Shown in pieces: positions 10,237 to 21,349 of a stretch of 64,000 nucleotides of DNA. The first letter of the stretch is position 1; each line of letters starts with the position of its first letter. The notes beneath the pieces are model-generated. The model was not told where the DNA came from. It searched no databases and worked only from the letters and a program-made list of their open reading frames with translations. Source of the stretch: Alphaproteobacteria bacterium (lineage in GTDB: Bacteria > Pseudomonadota > Alphaproteobacteria > MPNO01 > UBA830); NCBI GenBank assembly GCA_965243135.1, contig OZ251539.1:2976001-3040000 (forward strand), given 5' to 3'. The translations under genes were made by a program, and so were the position numbers.

Positions 10237-10539
10237 ATGCAGGAAGAAGAACGCCTTATTTCTCTTCGCGCCGAACTCGAGAAAGTGAAGGCCGCCGGGG
10301 GACCGAGTTACCGGGAAGCCGTCGAAAGGCTGCGCAGCGTCCTCTTGCAAAAGGTCGCGGAAGGCGCGACGTTGAAGGCGCTCGCCGCGCCGTTCGGGGC
10401 GAACGGGGTCAGGATCCGGGAAACGTCTCTCGCGGCGTTCGTCGAGACCGGCCGTTGGCCCGGACGCATACCCTTGCGGGAACGGATACTGGCGGTGACG
10501 GACGATCTCGTCGCCGAGGGAGAAAACGATGACCGATAG
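10237..10539 (+). CDS. Small HTH protein, MobC (pTF-FC2 type)-like, paralogue 1
   Basis: RBS aggaga before ATG 10237; SYREAVERLRSVLLQKVAEGATLKALA...GVRIRETSLAAFV. Confidence 0.65.
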   Translation: MQEEERLISLRAELEKVKAAGGPSYREAVERLRSVLLQKVAEGATLKALAAPFGANGVRIRETSLAAFVETGRWPGRIPLRERILAVTDDLVAEGENDDR

Positions 10540-10846
10540 CCGAAGCGTGAAGGCCGTGGACCTCGACCGGGACGCGCTGCGCACCGAACTGCGCAAGGTC
10601 AGGCCCGAGCGGGTGACCTACCAGGAAGTGCTGGAGGAAATGGCCGATCTGCTGAAGGAGAAGGTCGCGGAAGGCGCATCCGTCAAGGCGCTCGCCGAAG
10701 CTCTCGCGAGGCAGGGCATCAAGGTCGGGGAACGCGGGCTGAAGTCTTTCCTCGACACCGGACGACTTCCCGCGCGCAAACCTTCCGCGCCGAAGAAGCC
10801 CGGCCCCGAGGAATTCCTGAACCAGCCGGAGGCGACCGGCGCCTGA
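10529..10846 (+). CDS. Small HTH protein, MobC (pTF-FC2 type)-like, paralogue 2
   Basis: TYQEVLEEMADLLKEKVAEGASVKALAEALARQGIKVGERGLKSFL; overlaps the upstream paralogue by 11 nt. Confidence 0.7.
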   Translation: MTDSRSVKAVDLDRDALRTELRKVRPERVTYQEVLEEMADLLKEKVAEGASVKALAEALARQGIKVGERGLKSFLDTGRLPARKPSAPKKPGPEEFLNQPEATGA

Positions 10847-11479
10847 AGCGCACCTCCCGTCAACGCCCCCATTTCAACTGCCGTCGGCAGTTGTCGTTGA
10901 CCCGGAGCATTCCCAGACTCCGCTGCGGCAAACACGTGGTTTGGTACGTCAGGCAGATGCCGGCCGGCCCCGGAAAGGATTGACCGTCAACTGCCGCTCC
11001 GGCCTCGCCAGACAGAACGACCCCGGACGGCTGCAGCGCGCCCTATGCTGGCCGCCGCCAATCATGTCGGCTACCGGAGCATCGGCGTCGAGCTGTCCGA
11101 GTGATATCCGGAATTGGCGGAACGGGCGATGCTCGAAGCGATCAAGTGCACACCCAGCTGTCGCGGAGCTTGCCTTCCCTGTGGAGCGTAGCAGTGCGGG
11201 TGCCCAGCTCGCCTCGCGGGTTCCTGCGAAAGTCCTCCACGCCGACGCGCCCGAGGTAGACTTCGGTGAACTTCACCGGTCCATCGCAGGTTCGGTCTCG
11301 TTGTCGACCCGGTAGACGAAGACGCACTTGCTCCCGCGCTCCGTGGATGTCCACCGCTCCGCCGGTTTTGCGCGTGCTCTTCACCTCCACGCCCGTTCTT
11401 CGGCCTGCACCGAGTTGCCCGCGTAGACGCCGTCGACGATCAGGTCGGGGTGGCAGTTGTGGTAGCTGTTCTCGACGAG

Positions 11480-11720
11480 CGCACGCGTGCCGCGCCATGC
11501 TCGCCATCATCATGTCGGAGCTGATGCAGGGGCGGCAATCCGTCGAAATCCCGTGCATTTACCTCAGCGCCGAAGCCCGCGAGGCAGCGCGTCACGTCCG
11601 AGGCCGCGCCTTCTCGAAGAAGGCCCGCGTGTTCCATTCCTCGCAGGCTGCCTGCGCGACCGCAACGGTTGTCGGCACAAACCACCAGACAACGCATGCC
11701 GCCGCCAGAATTTTCAACGT
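11480..11720 (-). pseudogene. Ankyrin-repeat protein remnant
   Basis: GAEVNARDFDGLPPLH motif in degraded sequence. Confidence 0.5.
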
Positions 11721-12027
11721 CATTTCCTAGACGAGGGTTCCTGTATGTAGGATAAGGCGGAGCTTGGGGTGTTGCCCGTCCGTATGCAGCCGAGACTTAT
11801 GCGAATCTGCAAATCGATCACCGTGTTGTGCTGGATGGTGTTGCACCATACCCGGGAATTCATGATGCCCGCGCAGCTCGTGGGCGCACTCTCGGCGTGG
11901 TGATCAATGCTGCGAACCCGCCGAAGCTGGCGTCCGCACGCATGGCTACGCTCGGTTCGATCCAGAGCACGGAAGACAGTTGGCGGCCGGCGTCGAGCTG
12001 CATCGAAGTGGAGTCGGAGGCATACGA

Positions 12028-12912
12028 GTGACGGACAAGGTTACCTATAAAGATCCGCTCTACGTCTTGGCTCGGCTGGACACGGCGCTGAAGAAGGAAT
12101 GGCAGAAGTATATAGCGACACCTGTGACGTCGGATATGGCCCCAGATCACATGGTCGCGCAGGCTTGGGGATACGTCGTCGCGGGGTACTTTCTGATCGA
12201 GCAAGGCCTCAAGGCCATTCTTTACATGCGCGGTGGTAAGCCACCCAAAACACACGCACTGTCCGTCCTGTTCACCAAATTACCAGCTGAGGATCAGAAC
12301 GTCCTGAGGAAGCATTACGACGACTTCCGCCATGCGTTCCCTGGCATGAGTTCGTTTCCGCTGACAACGCTCGACGATTTTCTGGTGAACCTGGACGGTG
12401 GGCAGAATAGCCAAGGCCGGTACATCGGCTCCTTCGATTGGCGATACTTCCTGACGGAGTCGGGAAGCGGCATGTCGATGCCGTTTGTCAGCATCAACGT
12501 CATGCATGAGGTCGTGTACGGATGCGTGCAGTTGGTCGAGGCAATCCACAAGGGAGACAATGAGGCAGCCGGGACTACTTACAGTTGGCGACTCCGACAG
12601 TGGAGATCGAGGCTCCACCGGGACTGGTTGACGGTTCGCATGAATTCGCCAGGATGGGGACAGGAAGGAGATCGGATCGAGATCCTATGGGGACCGGACT
12701 ACAGCGGCCGGTACGACTACTTCGTGTTCAAAAGCGATAGGCGCCAGTCGTTCTTTGCGCCGCTTCCGAATGCGGAGAAAGTCAAATTAGCAATGATCGA
12801 TAAGCGGAAAGAGCTGGAGTCGTTCGACCCAAAGAAAGGATTTCGGAGCATCGGGACCTCAGTAAGCTGGTCGGTGGGGCGGCAGGAACCCGAGTTCCAT
12901 CTGATGTATTAG
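12028..12912 (+). CDS. HEPN-like domain protein
   Basis: GGAGG RBS and GTG start; pattern FLIEQGLKAIL...PPKTHALSVLF...DWRY is typical of HEPN folds; GC lower than flanks. Confidence 0.65.
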   Translation: MTDKVTYKDPLYVLARLDTALKKEWQKYIATPVTSDMAPDHMVAQAWGYVVAGYFLIEQGLKAILYMRGGKPPKTHALSVLFTKLPAEDQNVLRKHYDDFRHAFPGMSSFPLTTLDDFLVNLDGGQNSQGRYIGSFDWRYFLTESGSGMSMPFVSINVMHEVVYGCVQLVEAIHKGDNEAAGTTYSWRLRQWRSRLHRDWLTVRMNSPGWGQEGDRIEILWGPDYSGRYDYFVFKSDRRQSFFAPLPNAEKVKLAMIDKRKELESFDPKKGFRSIGTSVSWSVGRQEPEFHLMY

Positions 12913-13479
12913 GGCAAACATCGGGACAATACGAGCTCGTGGCTTCGTTCTTGTCGCGTCGCAGGTATTGAGCGGAAGATGAGAGGGGCATGGAGATATG
13001 TCGGTCACCCAAGACCTACGCTGATTTGTCCGACCTGTCGTTCTCACCTTACTCCGCAACGAGTCTGTTAGTAATGGTCGGTTCGCGGCTGATCCGCGCC
13101 CTCCAGTCCCTGACCGTCTCGGTATCGATTCCCGTCGTCTGGGCCACAGCTCGGTCGAGGCAGTCGCGCATGTCGTCATCGGCTCCATTGTTCCATGGTT
13201 TGACAGGCATGTGCTTGGTGCGCTCGTAGTCGACGGTAGGCGCGCCGAGCGTCATATTGCAGGCGGCGGGCTGGATGCCGTGCGGTTGACGTCGAGGCCG
13301 CTATGAGCGCTCACGATAATCGGCAGTTTCAGGTGCAAAATAATCGAGGATGCCGCGCCTAGAAGGAAGGCGTTTCCGTTTCCTGTCACGCCTGAGAGTG
13401 ATGGGGCCGGGAAACGCCGTTTTCTTTCAACACAGCCCGCAGCGCCATGGCGTGGCCCTGGAAGGCAACCAGTGAACTC

Positions 13480-13900
13480 GGCTGCTGTCATGAGCCTTTT
13501 GATCGAGCTCTTCAAATGTTTCCATCGATTACCATGCCCATGCAGGTCGCCGCGCTCGCTACAGAGAGATGATTCCCGGCCGTGCGCCGTAACTGTGACC
13601 CCCGTACACGAGGTCGTTGAGAAGCTGTTCCCGCACGCGAAAGAGGGGTGCGGCCGTCACTTGGCCTGTCGGCACGGCAAAACGGGCGTTCACATGCAGA
13701 AAATGCGCACTGCCTTCGAGTTCGAAACACGGGCTTGTCCAAAGCGCCGCGGGCGGTTTTTCTGGACTCAACCCGGAAGCCAGATTGCCGGAGGACACGA
13801 TCTCCAGGCGGTCGTCGTAGACCGTCACGCTCACGAGGCCGCCGCGAATCGCGTAGGGCAAAAGGCGTTCACGAGAGCCACCGACGCCGCCTGCACACCG
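13480..13900 (-). pseudogene. Remnant of ATP-binding/RecG-C-terminal-like (HATPase_c_4) regulator
   Basis: GGLVSVTVYDDRLEIVSSGNLASGLSPE motif; frames broken. Confidence 0.55.
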
Positions 13901-13989
13901 GCGTTCCGCTTGCGAACGCGACAATCCTGTCCACTCTCTTTCGCAGCCTGTCCTCATTCATGGCCGTGCGGTCGATGCACTGGAGCTGA

Positions 13990-14270
13990 TCCCGGGCGAA
14001 CCAGATCGGCAGAGACGATTCCCTGAACGATTACAGTGGGGGCATCGTCGAGATCCTTCGGAAAGTTCGGCGGCTCCTGCCCGGACCGGCACGGTCTGGC
14101 TCAACGTCGGGAACTCCTACGCTTCCGGAAACCGCATATATCGGGCGGCTGACCGGAAGAACCGCGCCCGCGCCATGGCTGTTCGACCTCCGACGCCGGG
14201 AGGGCTCAAGCCGAAGGATCGGGATCCCCTGGCGTCTGGCGCTGCAGTCCGAACGGCAGGCGGTTGCGAA
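13990..14270 (+). pseudogene. Site-specific DNA methyltransferase (N4/N6 class) remnant
   Basis: Fragments across frames: IVEILRKVRRLL, GTVWLNVG, GLKPKD, GIPWRLALQ. Confidence 0.6.
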
Positions 14271-14373
14271 CGGTCTAGCATTGCGGCCCCACGGGCTTTT
14301 GGCCGGTTCCATCGTGCTGTGGTGTATTGAAGCGTGGCCCCGCAGCGCCCCGAGATACCGATGCGTCACCGGG

Positions 14374-15228
14374 TTAGAAGCGCATCCGGTAAGGTTCTGG
14401 CGTAGGCGGAGACGCCGGAAGCGGAGGCTGTGCCGGATCCTGCCACAAGGGCCGAAACCAAAGCGGCGAACCTTGGGGTGTCGTGATGTAGCGGCTCAAC
14501 AGCACGATCTTGCCCCATACGTCGATGTCCTCGGTCTCCGCATAATCCAGGAGTTCGGCATCGCTATGCGGAGAAAGTCGATCCATCGCATACGTGATGT
14601 TGTCGTCAAGGACGAGCCACCAAAAGTCGATTCCCTTCGCTCGCCCGTCTTTACGCACTTTTCGGGCTTTTGCGCTTATCGCCGAGGCGATTGCCCGACC
14701 CAGTTCGTCGCCATAAAGGATTCTGCCGATGTCCGTGCCCCACCAGTTCAAGGTTGGATTTACCGTCTCCGGCCCGACCGCAATCAATACGATGCCTCGT
14801 CCTGCTATCCTGTCCTGTGGACTGATCTGAAATTCCCGCCACGGTATATAGCATGCTTTCGTGGCTCGAACGGCCTCCCTTATTCTCTGCTTAAGTCGAT
14901 CCTTCGAAGATTTTGGAGGAAGCGGCTCCCTTTCGTCGTACTGGCAGATCCAATCAAAGCCCGAAACTATTTTCTCCTCTGCCTCGACCATTCGGATCAA
15001 CTTCTCGATCCTTCTGTGGAACGCCGTCTCCGCTGTTCTTCCCCAGCCATCTTCAATCTCCAACAGGCGCACTTCGACAGCGATTTTCTTGCCCATGAAT
15101 TCGCATGTGAAGTCCGGCGGACCTTCTCCGTGTCCCCGGCCCACATAGCGAATTTCGGTCGCCCCGATCTGCTTCAGCCACCGCTCGACGGGGATTTCGC
15201 TGTCTTTAGGTGTATCAGTGCACGCCAT
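14374..15228 (-). CDS. Hypothetical protein, PD-(D/E)XK nuclease-like
   Basis: 284-aa ORF with normal composition; GEGPPDFTCEFMGKKIAVEVR motif. Confidence 0.6.
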   Translation of the reverse strand: MACTDTPKDSEIPVERWLKQIGATEIRYVGRGHGEGPPDFTCEFMGKKIAVEVRLLEIEDGWGRTAETAFHRRIEKLIRMVEAEEKIVSGFDWICQYDEREPLPPKSSKDRLKQRIREAVRATKACYIPWREFQISPQDRIAGRGIVLIAVGPETVNPTLNWWGTDIGRILYGDELGRAIASAISAKARKVRKDGRAKGIDFWWLVLDDNITYAMDRLSPHSDAELLDYAETEDIDVWGKIVLLSRYITTPQGSPLWFRPLWQDPAQPPLPASPPTPEPYRMRF

Positions 15229-15624
15229 TCGCTTTCCTCCGCTTGCAGGCTATTTTGCGGACGCCAAGACGAAACCCCGTCCGCAACCTGTTTTCAACCT
15301 CGTCCGACTGAAACCAGAACAAAAATGTGGCTCCAGAAGACGCTTTTGGGGTTCAACTCGCCCGGCTCCTCGCTCACCCAATGTTCAGCCAATCCCTGTT
15401 CGAAGACGGAGTGGCGCTCAACCGCTTTCGGGTCTGCTCCACGGCGATTTTCAGTCGCACACATGTTTCCTCCCATCTCCCTCGGCAGGGATATAGAGAC
15501 CTTACGGCTGCCTCGCAACGGCGCAGTCAAAATATCCGGTTGTTGTTTTCGAGGGAACTACCGGTTATGTTTCCTTCCCTGTACCTGTTCCGCTTGGTGG
15601 AACTCAACAATGGAAAGAAGATCG

Positions 15625-15897
15625 ATGACGGGTTTTGACGAAAACCAACTCACGAAAGGCCAGCTTCGCAAACTGATGGCGCTGCGAAAATCCCTCGGCC
15701 CCGATATCGCCGACGAGGCGTTCGCGAAATGGATCGCCCGGCAAAGCAAATCGGTTCCTGAAGACCGCAATGCCGCCGTGATCGCCGAGGCGCTCATGCC
15801 GCTGGTCGAACAAGGCAAGTTGAGAATTCCGCGAGGAGGTTACCTCGTTCGCCGCGGCCGCGGCCGGGTGATCGCGGAGCCCGTAAAGGAAGAGTGA
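15625..15897 (+). CDS. Small hypothetical protein (90 aa)
   Basis: MTGFDENQLTKGQLRKLMALRKSLGPDIADEAFAKW...GGYLVRRGRGRVI; protein-like C-terminal part of ORF 14281..15897 behind a purine-rich RBS. Confidence 0.7.
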   Translation: MTGFDENQLTKGQLRKLMALRKSLGPDIADEAFAKWIARQSKSVPEDRNAAVIAEALMPLVEQGKLRIPRGGYLVRRGRGRVIAEPVKEE

Positions 15898-15959
15898 CCG
15901 CGGAACGGCGGCCGGCAACGACAGCCGCCCGCTGAGCAGCGGTCAGACGCCGCCGGCCC

Positions 15960-16650
15960 GAGACAGCGGAAAAACAGGATCGACCTCGGGGCCGCGCCCA
16001 TGTTCTGCTTCGGCCTGTCCCGCAACCCCCGCCTGACGGAGCGCATCGCCAGGCAGTTGCGCAAATCGCGCCGCCGCTGCGTCTCGACCGGCAAGGCGTC
16101 GCGGCGGTTCTGCGACTTCCGTTACCGGACCCGAAGGTCGTGGAGCCGGACGCGGCGGGTAGTCGCGAAGGGGCTGCCGGGTCCTCCGGCCTCAACGCCC
16201 GCTTCGTCGTGACTTCGCTGGGCTGCAAGCGGGCGGGGGCGCAGGCTCTCTACGAGGACCTGTACTGCGCGCGCGGGGAGAACCGGTCGCCGGATGCCGG
16301 AATCACACGGAGTTTCCGACCTGTACTGCGCGCGCGGGGAGAACCGCATCAAGGAACAGCAGCTCGACCTGTTCGCCGACTGGACCTCGACCGCGACCGG
16401 CGAACCAGTTGCGCCTCGACTTTGCGACGTTCGCCAGCCACCTGGTGGCGGCGATTCGGAGGGTTGGCCTGGCCGGCACCGGGGAGGACAGGGCGCAGGC
16501 CGGAACGATTCGGACGAAGCTCCTCAAGGTCGCCGTTTGCGTTCGGAGGGTTCTGCTCTCGTTTTCGCCGGTCTGGCCGTGAAAGGAGTTGTTGGCCCGG
16601 GTCCTGGCGAACCTGCAGGCGGCTGCGCCGCCGGCCCCGACCTGACGCTG
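15960..16650 (+). pseudogene. IS1380-family transposase remnant
   Basis: FRYRTRRSWSRTRRVVAK, NARFVVTSL, LYEDLYCARGENRIKEQQLDLFAD; frameshifted. Confidence 0.85.
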
Positions 16651-17269
16651 CTCGCGGACAGCCCTTTTTTGAAAGCCGGAACGCCGGCCACGGGACAGGT
16701 ATGTTCGGGCGCTGGATTCCACGGCGTCGAAGTCGTCCGCAACCGCGCAAGTTTGCGTTTCGTTCACGAAAAAGCCTTGCTTGCCGACTGCGCCCTGCTT
16801 CCCCGGCTCGCCGGTCGTCCCGAAAACCGCGCCCGCAACCCGCATCCAACCCCCTGATTCGCTCTGATGCGGGCTAGGGCGTTGCCGCATCTGAACGCCC
16901 CGACCGCGCCGCTCTGCGCCACGCTGTAGCGGGGTTGAAGATTCAGCGGCGCGACAGACCGAAGAACGGGTCGGTTTGGTTCGTGGCAAGCGTCTCCGCG
17001 AACTGCCCGCACCCGTCCGTCGTTCGGGCGGAATCACTTCACCGGTATGGCAACCCGCGAGTTCGCTCGTTCGTTGACGTTGTAAATCAGAACTTCGAGC
17101 GCCCGGAATGAAATGTTCGGTTTCGTGAACCCACGCTCGATGCGACCGGGGTATACGACACGGTTTCCTCACCTTGCGCAACTCCTTCTTGATCGCGTGC
17201 GCCTCCGTACTCGCGTTGGTGCCGGAAAGGCCGCCGCCGTTCCTATCGCGGTGCCCCGCTGGAAGCCTT

Positions 17270-18330
17270 TCGGCTTCCGGCGGCTCGCGGTCATTCGAGA
17301 ACCCGCACGACAAGCGCGTCGACGCACGGGCGCACCGTCATCTCGAACTCTCCCTTTTCGGCCGTCGGCGAGACATCGATTCGCTCGGCCAAAACTTCAG
17401 CAACGCGTCCCGCCGGGTTTCGTCGTTCGCGGCGGCGGCGGCGAACCCCTCAAGCACGCACTTCAGGGTCCAAAGCAGGTCCGCTGTCGAGCGTTCTTAC
17501 GGACGGCGCATGGACTTCACCTCGATCATCAGGGCGGCGACCGATCGCTCCAGATCACCGATGCGCCGCACGATCGCCCGGGGATCCTTTCCTCCCCGCT
17601 CGATGCTCTCAACCAGCAGCGCTATCCTTTCCCTCCCGCCTTCGATCTTCGCCTCAAGGCGGTTCCTTACTTTGCTCGTACTCGCGGATTGCGGAAGCGA
17701 GCAGCGCGTAACCTTCCCGCCACGCTTCGACCCATCAGTGCGCGGAGCGCCCGGTCTTCCGTCCACCTGACGTCGATGCGTATCCCGTTGTCGCAACCCC
17801 GCCTGTCGTACCACCTCTTGCAGGCGCAGCCTCTGCCGCTCCCTGATGGCACCGCCGCAGGTGAGCACTGCCGTCAGGGGATGCGGAACGCGTTTTCCGC
17901 CCTCCGGGACCGGTCGCTGCCTGCGTGACCCCGCAACTGCGCCCGCTCCCAGAGCTCGTCGCCCCGCGCCGCAAATACGGCACTTTCGGAACCGTCCACT
18001 CGGATTCCGGCACGGGACGCGGACCGCTTCGCCCCGCCTTGGGGTCTGTAAACCGGCGGATCCGGCCGTACACCAGAATCCCGCCGTACAGCTTGTTGTG
18101 CAGTATGCCGATCCCACGCTTCCTCCAACCCGAGGGGGCCCATTCGCACCATTCCCTGCTCCTCGAACCCGGAACGCCTCCTCGTTGGGGATCCGGCGGT
18201 CTCGCCCTCGGGGACCCCATGCAACCAGTAGTGGTGAGATATCCGGGTTAGCTTGTTCCGTCCCCTTTCTCCATATGTTGTGGTTCAACAGCATCAACGG
18301 GATGCCGCCGGAGAGGAGCCACATCGCAGT
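17270..18330 (-). pseudogene. Large serine recombinase remnant, paralogue of 25815..27341
   Basis: GILHNKLYGGILVYGRIRRFTDP, PESEW, IALLVESIERGGKDPRAIVRRIGDLERSVA align with the intact recombinase C-terminal half. Confidence 0.8.
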
Positions 18331-18443
18331 TGAGAGCCGTTTGCGCTCTGCCATTTTTTGTCGGCCTGCCGCCCGGCCGACGCCCCGCGAACCGCTCCGC
18401 CCGCCGGCGGCCCGCAAGGGCCTCGCGGGTGCTCGGTCTTCAG

Positions 18444-18508
18444 AACAAACGCTCATGATCGGCGCCTGCTCGCCCCGTAGCAGGTAACTGGTTGTTTTGC
18501 TGGCGTCG
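18444..18508. repeat. 65-bp repeat; inverted copy at 21119..21183
   Basis: Reverse complement matches at 61 of 65 positions by manual comparison. Confidence 0.9.
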
Positions 18509-18833
18509 CGCCGCAAACCCGGTGCAAGCCGGGCCGTGGCCTGAACGCAGGCGGCCAGGGGCGGCGCCCGGCCGGCCGTGGGGTGGAATCTGCGAAAATC
18601 GCGGTCCCGGTGCGGAGAATTCGCAGTTTTCCGTACCCGAGGAAAAATTCGGTACTCCTGAAAGCTGTCCGCATTTCAAGGCGTTGCGGACAGCACACGC
18701 GGCTCGTTGATTAGGGAGCTTGTGAACACATATAGGCTATGCTACAATATTTCAGATCTTGCATGAAGCTTGAGTGAAAAGCAAAAGCTTGGTCTGCATT
18801 GCGCTTGAGAAGGCATGCTATGGGGGTGTAGCC

Positions 18834-19442
18834 ATGAAGAAAACGGTAAGTACAAAGACCAAACCAGAGATTTTCATCGTTGAGTCGCTTAGTCTAGATG
18901 ATGAGAACCGTGGACGCCAAGAAGGAGACATTATTTCCCGTCTACTGCATATTGCAGGTAAGACCAAAACAAAATACTACTACATTCGAACGCGTCAAGA
19001 GCTAGAAAAGATACTCGATATCTTCGGCAAATCAAATTATCGATATTTGCATATTTCCTGTCATGCCGACTCGAAGAGCATGTACACTACGCTTGATAAA
19101 GTGTCTTACACAGATCTGGGAAAAATGCTAAGGCCGTACCTGAATAAGAGGCGTATATTTGTTTCAGCTTGTAAAATGGCGAATTACCGTCTAGCCAAAG
19201 AGCTGTTTTATGACACTAACTGTTATTCGCTTATTGGACCAGAAATCGACATAAAATACGCTGATGCTGCTACTTTCTGGATCTCGTTCTACCATCTGAT
19301 GTTCAAGAAGAATGAAGCAAAAATGAGTCGAGAAAACATGAAAGAGTGCGTAAAAAATCTATCCAAACTGTATAATGTAAAAATCAGTTATTTTGCCGCG
19401 AGCAAAATGCAAGAGAAAAATTTCGTGCGAGTCAAAATGTAA
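18834..19442 (+). CDS. AT-rich hypothetical protein with caspase/CHAT-like His-Cys motifs
   Basis: YLHISCHAD...IFVSAC...SLIGP..DI...DA..FW..FY; markedly low GC. Confidence 0.7.
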   Translation: MKKTVSTKTKPEIFIVESLSLDDENRGRQEGDIISRLLHIAGKTKTKYYYIRTRQELEKILDIFGKSNYRYLHISCHADSKSMYTTLDKVSYTDLGKMLRPYLNKRRIFVSACKMANYRLAKELFYDTNCYSLIGPEIDIKYADAATFWISFYHLMFKKNEAKMSRENMKECVKNLSKLYNVKISYFAASKMQEKNFVRVKM

Positions 19443-19518
19443 GCGTATGCTCATGGGATGACTCTTGCTTATTAGAATATTCCCTGCAGGTAAGAGTACG
19501 CTCGTGCAGCGACGATTT

Positions 19519-21098
19519 ATGCTGTGTAACTACCCCCGATCTGCCGGCCGCACAAAGCCGTTCCGCGAGATTTTTTCGCGGCGGCGTTCGCCGTTCGGAG
19601 ATTTTGCGGCGCTGAGGGCTGCCCCGTAACGCCCTGTCTTTACGCCGCGCTGCCTGGACCCGGAACGGCTATGTCGCGGCGCTCAGGCCGCCTGTCGCGC
19701 TCGCGGCACCCGTGCTCTTGGTGCCCGTGTCCGTGCCGCCCGTTGCTGCTTGACATGCAGGCGACCTTCTTCGTCCTGCGATGTTGTACATTTCGAGCAT
19801 CCAGCGAGGAGCGTTGCGCTTCACCGCCTGGTAGTCGGTCTCGGGGTCGCGGTAAGGCTTGCCGGTCCTAAGGACGCAGTAGACCACGCGAAGCAGCTTG
19901 TGCGCAGTGGCGACGATGGCGCGTTCCGCAGCGGACCTGAAGCGCCTTATGGTAGCCTTGGAATTGACAGTTGGCGGTTCGCGCGGCGCCGTGCGCACAC
20001 CAACACCAACACCCTGCGCAGCGTTGGGTTGCCCCTGCGGCTTCGTCCGCTGCGTCGCTTGCCGGCGCTTTTGTCGTTGCCGGGACAGACGCCCGACCAG
20101 GCGGCGCAGCGGATGGAGGAACCGAACACGCCGATGTCGGGGCCAAGCTCTATAGCGCACGCCGATTCCCTGCCCGGGGATCGTCTGCAAGAGAAGAAGC
20201 TGCTTCTCGAAGCTGTCGAGGCCTTCCGAGTCTATCGTAGCATGCGATCTTCTGACTCGCATAGTCGTGGCAATCGAGCAGGTCGCCTTGCCGACTGTAC
20301 GGGTCGAGGTTGTAAGCGAGAGCTTCGCGTATCGCGTTTGTCGGCAACATGGCGGGACAGCGACGCGACGATCTCCTCCCGAGGCTCTTCGGCGACTATT
20401 CCGCGAAGAATGCGCATCCCGTTGACGCCGAACACGTCCGAGAGCACTCCGCCGATGCCGTCGCGGTCCAGGATCTTGTGAACGCGGTTGCGCAGCCGGG
20501 CGCAGTCGTCGATCATCCGCCGGGCGGCTCAGCACGCGTAGACGCCGGAACTCTCGCGGCAGGACCAGACTCGGAGCCGCCAGACCGAATTGGCAGGTCA
20601 GCCACATGCTGTCGGCGACATCGGTTTTCCGGCCCCTGCTTGACGTGCTGCGCGTGCAACAGGTCGACGCCGGCGTCTTCCAGCGCGGAAGTTCCCAAGC
20701 CGGTCGCCTCCATCGCCGCGGCGGTCACGCCGTGACCACGCAACCACGCCACGAGATCGCGCATTCCGCTCTCCAGGGTGCCGAAAGCTTCGGTCTCGGT
20801 CTCGCCGCCCTCCGGCGAACACACGTCGCAGTGATCTCCATCTTGTGGACGTCCAGACCCGCCGCACGCGGGTGGACGACATGCATTTTGTCGGTTAGCA
20901 TCGACGCCTCCATGTGAGAGTTGGCGGGTGCGGGGGACCTTCGGAACGCAAGTCACGCACCGGTTCGGCCATTTTGCTGTACGTCCACAGCGCGGGGCCG
21001 GGAACAGTACGGGGCTCGAGGCCGTCGGCACAGTTTGTTTTCGGGAAACCAGCGTTCACCGCAAAAAAATCGTCCACGTGCCCGCCAACAGTCTAACC
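19519..21098 (-). mobile_element. Decayed IS110-family element (transposase pseudogene ~19770..20901 with non-coding ends)
   Basis: VVHPRAAGLDVHK, LRNRVHKILDRDGIGGVLSDVFGVNG, WSGVCPGNDKSAGKR, AIVATAHKLLRVVY, YRDPETDY; many frameshifts. Confidence 0.9.
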
Positions 21099-21177
21099 CA
21101 ATGATCGTCGGGCAGGCACGACGCCAGCAAAACCACCAGTTACATGCTACGGGGCGAGCAGGCTCCGATCATGAGAG

Positions 21178-21346
21178 TTTGTTGTGTAACTAACCCGAGC
21201 TGCCGGCCGCACGAAACCGTTCCGCGAATCGAAGATTTTTTTGCGGCGGAACTTGCCGTTCGGAGGTCTCGGGATTGCGGCGCTGAGGGCTGCCCCGTAT
21301 AGCCCTGTCTTCGCGCCGCGCCGCTTGAACGCGGAACGGTTATGTC
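21178..21346 (-). repeat. Copy of the IS110 downstream non-coding end (also at 19519..19675 and 43697..43863; diverged + copy at 21983..22114)
   Basis: Shared blocks ACATAACCGTTCCGCG, TACGGGGCAG, CGCGGAACGGTT, GTTACACA(G/A)CA. Confidence 0.88.
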
Positions 21347-21349
21347 GGC

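Noticed and set aside
16257-16346. Mini CRISPR (repeat-spacer-repeat)
   Set aside because: The repeat is IS1380 coding sequence, there are only two units and no cas genes.
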